64,000 bases of DNA, from positions 20,679 through 84,678 of the forward strand of contig JAISFC010000023.1 of the NCBI GenBank assembly GCA_031263785.1, in the 5' to 3' direction. The stretch comes from Clostridiales bacterium. Its GTDB lineage: Bacteria; Bacillota; Clostridia; Monoglobales; WRBX01. Below the pieces are notes generated by a model, which was not told where the DNA came from, searched no databases, and was given only the letters and a program-made list of their open reading frames with translations. Both the position numbers and the translations under genes were made by a program. The stretch's first letter is position 1. Each line of letters starts with the position of its first letter. This document shows, in pieces, positions 52,025 to 64,000 of the stretch.

Positions 52025-52511
52025 TCAAAACTTTCCCGATAATCCTATCTTTGCTAATAAACCCTTTACTTGAAAAACGGCTACCACCGCTATAATTGCG
52101 ATTATCTTCCATAACAAAATAACTATCTTTTGGCACAGTTATAGGATATTGCAAATCACCGATGATTTCCATTCGCTCCTGTTTTATGTACGGCTCATAA
52201 AGTAGCTGCCCGTCAACATAAACCGCGCTCTGCTCAAAAACAATGTTTACAACCTGCCCCTCAGTCGCAATAATGCGTGTAATATGTGTTTCGCCTTCGT
52301 TGGATTTATAGGCAATAATATCGCCGTTTTTGAAGTTTCTATTAAGCTTGTATATAGTAATTTTATCACCGGTTGTTAGTGTCGGAGCCATCCCCTCGCC
52401 CCCCGACATAATCGCGCGGGAAACAACCCATGTTTTTATAGCAAATAGCCCAAAAAACACGAGGGAAAACGCCAATATTATGCCCAACGAAATAAAAACA
52501 TACTTTTTCAT
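52014..52511 (-). CDS. Signal peptidase I (S26) homolog with both catalytic residues substituted
   Basis: ATG 52511 follows AAGGAG. One TM helix, then GGEGMAPTL (canonical SM.PTL, Ser replaced by Gly), HITRIIATEGQ (canonical KR.IG.PGD, Lys replaced by Thr), and FVMEDNRNYSGGSR (canonical GDNR.NS.DSR). Confidence 0.7.
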   Translation of the reverse strand: MKKYVFISLGIILAFSLVFFGLFAIKTWVVSRAIMSGGEGMAPTLTTGDKITIYKLNRNFKNGDIIAYKSNEGETHITRIIATEGQVVNIVFEQSAVYVDGQLLYEPYIKQERMEIIGDLQYPITVPKDSYFVMEDNRNYSGGSRFSSKGFISKDRIIGKVLIDR

Positions 52512-52536
52512 TAGCCTACTCCTTTCTTTATATACA

Positions 52537-52565
52537 ATAATAACACACCATACGGGAAATTGCAA
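52537..52565 (-). promoter_or_regulatory. Promoter TTGCAA-17-(TGt)TATTAT ahead of the SPase-like/HD-giant gene run
   Basis: On the minus strand, TTGCAA at 52565-52560, a 17-nt spacer, and TATTAT at 52542-52537. Confidence 0.55.
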
Positions 52566-52675
52566 GTGTTTTTTACAAAAATCTACCGCCTTTTTCTACA
52601 TATTTTTTCTCTTGTTTTTTCGCTGACTGATTTTTCGCGCATTAACATCACGCATTCTTATTTCGTAATATTTAC

Positions 52676-52707
52676 ACCAAAACGACGCGGTTCAATGTCC
52701 GTGCCGT
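52676..52707 (-). terminator. Terminator of LRR cassette 2 (copy of the cassette 1 element, one stem mismatch)
   Basis: ACGACGCGG at 52682-52690 pairs with CCGTGCCGT at 52699-52707, with a U-tract on the minus strand. Confidence 0.45.
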
Positions 52708-52733
52708 TTGTTTGTTAGGATTAATTCGTTGTT

Positions 52734-56375
<3,642 letters not shown>

Positions 56376-56452
56376 GGTTCCTCTTCCTTCCCTTGTAAAT
56401 TTAAAAATCTTATTGACTGTACTGTATCACAAAAAAACAGTCTCGTGGGATT

Positions 56453-56496
56453 TGTAACACAAATATAATATAATTGTAACATAATTGTAATATTTC
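56453..56496. promoter_or_regulatory. 11-bp-phased TGTAAY array upstream of LRR paralog 2
   Basis: tgtaacacaaa|tataatataat|tgtaacataat|tgtaatatttc. Confidence 0.6.
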
Positions 56497-56656
56497 CTTT
56501 TAATTCCATATACTTCTAATATGAATGAATTTTTACCGTCTTTTTAGCGTTTTTAATTTTCCAAAATTACGTTTTGGAGTAAATTTTAAGCTGCATTCAG
56601 GTTCTCACCATGAATTGTTACAAAATTAAATCGCCGTGCATTAGCATATGTGGTAG

Positions 56657-56685
56657 TTGACAAACATACTTTTTCGTGATATAAT
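56657..56685 (+). promoter_or_regulatory. Consensus promoter TTGACA-17-(TGa)TATAAT for the 368-aa hypothetical gene
   Basis: TTGACA at 56657-56662, a 17-nt spacer ending in TGa, and TATAAT at 56680-56685. Confidence 0.7.
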
Positions 56686-56792
56686 TAACCTCACAGCAGA
56701 TGTAATTTCGCAATCCGTCCCGCATAAAAGATATCGTAACGCTCAATGTCTGCATATAATTAATCAGAAAGTACCGTCAAAGGGGAGATAAA

Positions 56793-57899
56793 ATGAACTC
56801 ATCAGAACTTCTGGATGCAATAAAAGACGCGAAAAATGTGGAGGCATCCACCAAAATCCTCATGGAAAATTGGGAAGAGGCAAGCCGCAAAAGCAGTGAA
56901 GCCGGGCGCGTCGAGGAATATGAGAAAATTTTTGGGGAGTATTCGATAAAGATTTCCGAAGCTGATGCAGCGGGCACTTTGACCGCGCAGGAATTGACGG
57001 ACGCGCTGCAATCTTCTTATGACCGCGCGCTGTCCCTCAAGGCGTATTCGCGCAAAAAAGCGCCTAATTTCTATAAAAACGGCGATAAGGTGTTGTATTC
57101 CATCGTCACGGTCTCAAAAAAGGTGGCGGACTCGTTTATGCGCAAATATACCGATTTTCTGGAAAGTCCCCTCTGCGGGCTGTGGAACAAGTATGCGGAT
57201 ACAAGGGAAAATGCGGATTATAAAGAATTTGCTGTTGAGTCGGAAAAGCTGAATTTCCCCTCCGGCTGGACACCCACGACCGACGTAGTCGCGGATAAAA
57301 CGTTGCTTCTGCTGTTCCCGGACGGGTTTGACGCCGCTCCTTTGCAGGGCGCCGAGGAGTTTTTTGGCGAGGAATACATGAACGTTCTCATTTCATACTT
57401 TGGGGGGCTTCGACCCACGCCCACGTCCCCGATTCCTTTGGAAGGTCCGATACCGCAGAACGATTACGCCTCCGTAATGCGGCTTAAAATTGCGCCTTCT
57501 TTTAACAAATCTTTCATGGAAGCCATGCGCTTTCGTCACCAAATTGACAACTGGAGCTCCATGCTGGACGCGGAGGAATTTTTGGCGGTCAGCATAGATT
57601 CGCTCGTGCCGAAATACCTCGATAAATCCGCGGAGTATGATGAAAATTCACCTGAAGCCGGCGCTCAAAAATCTGATGAGCAAAACGAAAATACCCGCGT
57701 AAATCAAAAATTGCTTACGGTGGATAAATTAGTGCATTTGTCGCCTAAAATCCCGTTTTTGTCAAGCAGTAATCCCGCGCGAAAATTATATAAGTTTGTC
57801 GGGAGGGAGCGCACCCACGAGTTTGCCGCTTTAGACAGCTTCGCGGACAAAAATAAAGTCGCACGTAGCATCGACCCGTTGCGCCCTCAACAGCCCTAA
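56793..57899 (+). CDS. Hypothetical protein (368 aa), no recognisable domain
   Basis: Strong SD AAAGGGGAG before the ATG and a consensus promoter upstream. No signal peptide or TM helix. Confidence 0.6.
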   Translation: MNSSELLDAIKDAKNVEASTKILMENWEEASRKSSEAGRVEEYEKIFGEYSIKISEADAAGTLTAQELTDALQSSYDRALSLKAYSRKKAPNFYKNGDKVLYSIVTVSKKVADSFMRKYTDFLESPLCGLWNKYADTRENADYKEFAVESEKLNFPSGWTPTTDVVADKTLLLLFPDGFDAAPLQGAEEFFGEEYMNVLISYFGGLRPTPTSPIPLEGPIPQNDYASVMRLKIAPSFNKSFMEAMRFRHQIDNWSSMLDAEEFLAVSIDSLVPKYLDKSAEYDENSPEAGAQKSDEQNENTRVNQKLLTVDKLVHLSPKIPFLSSSNPARKLYKFVGRERTHEFAALDSFADKNKVARSIDPLRPQQP

Positions 57900-57943
57900 A
57901 ACTCTGCCGATATGCGGTCAATTTATTAAATTTAATTTTATGG

Positions 57944-57972
57944 TTGAAATTTTGATTAAGATGTGGTAAAAT
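57944..57972 (+). promoter_or_regulatory. Promoter TTGAAA-17-(TGg)TAAAAT for tRNA-His
   Basis: TTGAAA at 57944-57949, a 17-nt spacer, and TAAAAT at 57967-57972, about 40 nt before the tRNA. Confidence 0.55.
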
Positions 57973-58013
57973 AATAATGTAAACGCTCCGGGGTCATCAA
58001 TGCCTTGTAATAT

Positions 58014-58091
58014 GGTGGGTATAGCTCAATTGGTTAGAGCGCTAGATTGTGGTTCTAGAGGTTGTCGGTTCGAGACCGATTATCCACCCCA
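58014..58091 (+). tRNA. tRNA-His (anticodon GUG) with encoded G-1 and 3' CCA
   Basis: Hand-folded. G-1, then acceptor stem GUGGGUA/UAUCCAC, D arm GCUC-AAUUGGUUA-GAGC, anticodon arm CUAGA-UUGUGGU-UCUAG, T arm GUCGG-UUCGAGA-CCGAU, discriminator C73 pairing with G-1, and CCA. Confidence 0.9.
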
Positions 58092-58092
58092 G

Positions 58093-58130
58093 TATCGGGG
58101 CAAATCTCTCTTTGCCCCGATATCCTTTCT
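58093..58130 (+). terminator. Hairpin terminator after tRNA-His
   Basis: 12-bp stem TATCGGGGCAAA / TTTGCCCCGATA with a 6-nt loop, followed by TCCTTTCTT. Confidence 0.6.
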
Positions 58131-58287
58131 TACGTCGCAATGCGCGTCGCTATGTTCATTTCCGCGCTGAAAAACGCGCGAAAATATCACCCGCCCCGTC
58201 ATTGCTCCTTCTCCGCAAAAGGTCACGCTGCTGCGTCGCCTAAGCCCTTGTAAACGCGGGCTTTTAACGGCGTCTTGCGCTACCACC

Positions 58288-58780
58288 CTTTTGCGGTAAA
58301 ACCACCTGAAAAATCAATAAATGTATTTGAGAGTTTGGTGAAAACTCCTTTTTTTGCGCTAAAAACCACCTTTAAAAAAGAAAAATGTACTTGGGAGTTT
58401 TATACGAACTTCTTCTTTTGCTCTTAAAACCACTCCTATTTCGGGGAGTGAATCCCCGAAAGTCCGCTCTTTTACTATAGGGAACAGGTAATAGGGAACA
58501 GGGAACAGGTATTGTTGAATTGCTTACGCAATTCTTTTTATTTTATTTAATTCAAAAGATTTTCGCAGGTACAAGTAATAGGTGATAGATAGTGTTAAAT
58601 TGCTTACGCAATACTTTTTTACTATAGGGAATAGGTAGTGTTGAATTACCCCACGCAATTTTTTTATTTTTTTCATTCAAAGATTTTCGTAAGAAAATCT
58701 TCCACACCTGTTCCCTGTTCCCTGTTCCCTATTCCCTTCTACGCCTGTTACCTGTTACCTGTTACCCCTGTTCCGTTCAC
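58288..58780. repeat. Non-coding mosaic of degenerate tandem and inverted repeats
   Basis: About 64-nt units start near 58288, 58352 and 58416 (TTTTGCGNTAAAAACCACCT...AAATGTAYTTGGGAGTTT). About 146-nt units start at 58470 and 58616 (TTTTACTATAGGGAA...GTTGAATTGCTTACGCAATTC+T-run). GGGAACA heptamer runs (58484-58510) face CCTGTTC/CCTGTTA heptamer runs (58706-58772). Confidence 0.8.
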
Positions 58781-58816
58781 AAAAAGGGACGGTGAATTTT
58801 ACACCGCCCATTTTTT
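58781..58816 (-). terminator. Terminator of LRR paralog 3 (bidirectional-looking hairpin)
   Basis: GGGACGGTG / CACCGCCC stem flanked by an A-run and a T-run, 18 nt after the stop codon. Confidence 0.55.
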
Positions 58817-58833
58817 ATGATTAATACGCTGTT

Positions 58834-63524
<4,691 letters not shown>

Positions 63525-63602
63525 GTTTTCGACTTCCTCTCTTTGTAAATTTAAAAATCTTATTGACTGTACTGTATCATAAAAAAACAGTCACATGGGA
63601 TT

Positions 63603-63646
63603 TGTAACACAAATGTAATATAATTGTAACATAATTGTAATATTCC
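63603..63646. promoter_or_regulatory. 11-bp-phased TGTAAY array upstream of LRR paralog 3
   Basis: tgtaacacaaa|tgtaatataat|tgtaacataat|tgtaatattcc. Confidence 0.6.
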
Positions 63647-63751
63647 CTAAAAAATGGAAAAAAGCGCGTTCACATCTGTAATCCACGTCTTTTAAGCTTT
63701 TTTATTTTTTAAAAATTACGCTGCAGTAGAAAAGTTCAAGCGCATTTTGCG

Positions 63752-64000
63752 CTAATTCGCGGATGTCGACAGGCGCGCGAAGCCTTTCCCCGTCACCTCG
63801 CGCGCGTCCATTGTGACAATAAACGCCGCGGAATCAATGGAATAAACCATACTCTTCAACGAGGGAATTTCTCCCGGGCGCACGGTGCATAAAAGAATGG
63901 TTTTGGGGTCTTTTTCGTATGTTCCCGCTCCGTAAAGGGCGGTCGCGCCGCGGTTCAATTTTTGATGAATCCGCTCGCAGATTTGTTCGTGTTTCTCCGA
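63752..64000 (-). CDS. C-terminal DUF2179 domain of a YitT-family membrane protein; 5' part lies outside the window
   Basis: The frame is open to the window edge. ...RGATALYGAGTYEKDPKTILLCTVRPGEIPSLKSMVYSIDSAAFIVTMDAREVTGKGF is typical of the YitT C-terminal domain. The listed TTG is internal. Confidence 0.7.
   Translation of the reverse strand, partial: SEKHEQICERIHQKLNRGATALYGAGTYEKDPKTILLCTVRPGEIPSLKSMVYSIDSAAFIVTMDAREVTGKGFARLSTSAN

Noticed and set aside
58049-58286. Small ORFs overlapping or following tRNA-His
   Set aside because: They overlap the tRNA and its terminator hairpin, have no SD, and have implausible composition.
58288-58780. Possible CRISPR array
   Set aside because: The repeat units are degenerate, the sequences between them are also conserved between units, the spacing of 64 or 146 nt does not fit a repeat-spacer architecture, and no cas genes are nearby.

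Overview
This 64-kb window looks like a Firmicutes/Clostridia-type chromosome. The lineage call rests on PolC, the tilS-hpt and gdpP-rplI-dnaB gene orders, PSP1/ricT after holB, and SLH-anchored wall proteins. About half is housekeeping: a P-type ATPase, GT-C glycosyltransferase plus GH31, mnmE, cell-wall hydrolases, holB, a U32 peptidase, polC, hpt, tilS, dnaB, rplI, gpmI, pnp, rpsO, pgsA, recG and tRNA-His. The rest is accessory surface-protein DNA. Five observations stand out. (1) Three paralogous BspA-type LRR surface-protein cassettes each carry an (AG)n tract directly after a conserved SD-ATG. With n=23, 27 and 25, only the middle copy is in frame, which is the pattern expected of slipped-strand phase variation. 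(2) A 185-bp segment is flanked by two lox-like sites (8-bp arm, 8-bp asymmetric core, 8-bp arm) whose cores are inverted. It encloses a perfect TTGACA-17-TATAAT promoter that now points away from an orphan 506-aa gene, so it is a candidate invertible promoter. (3) Arrays of 11-bp-phased TGTAAY repeats sit upstream of all four big surface-protein genes. (4) The PolC homolog lacks the inserted 3'-5' exonuclease domain. (5) A consensus promoter lies upstream of a tightly packed same-strand gene run that begins with a signal-peptidase-I homolog lacking both catalytic residues and includes a 1367-aa HD-domain protein. All calls come from reading the sequence and recalling motifs. No database search or HMM was run.
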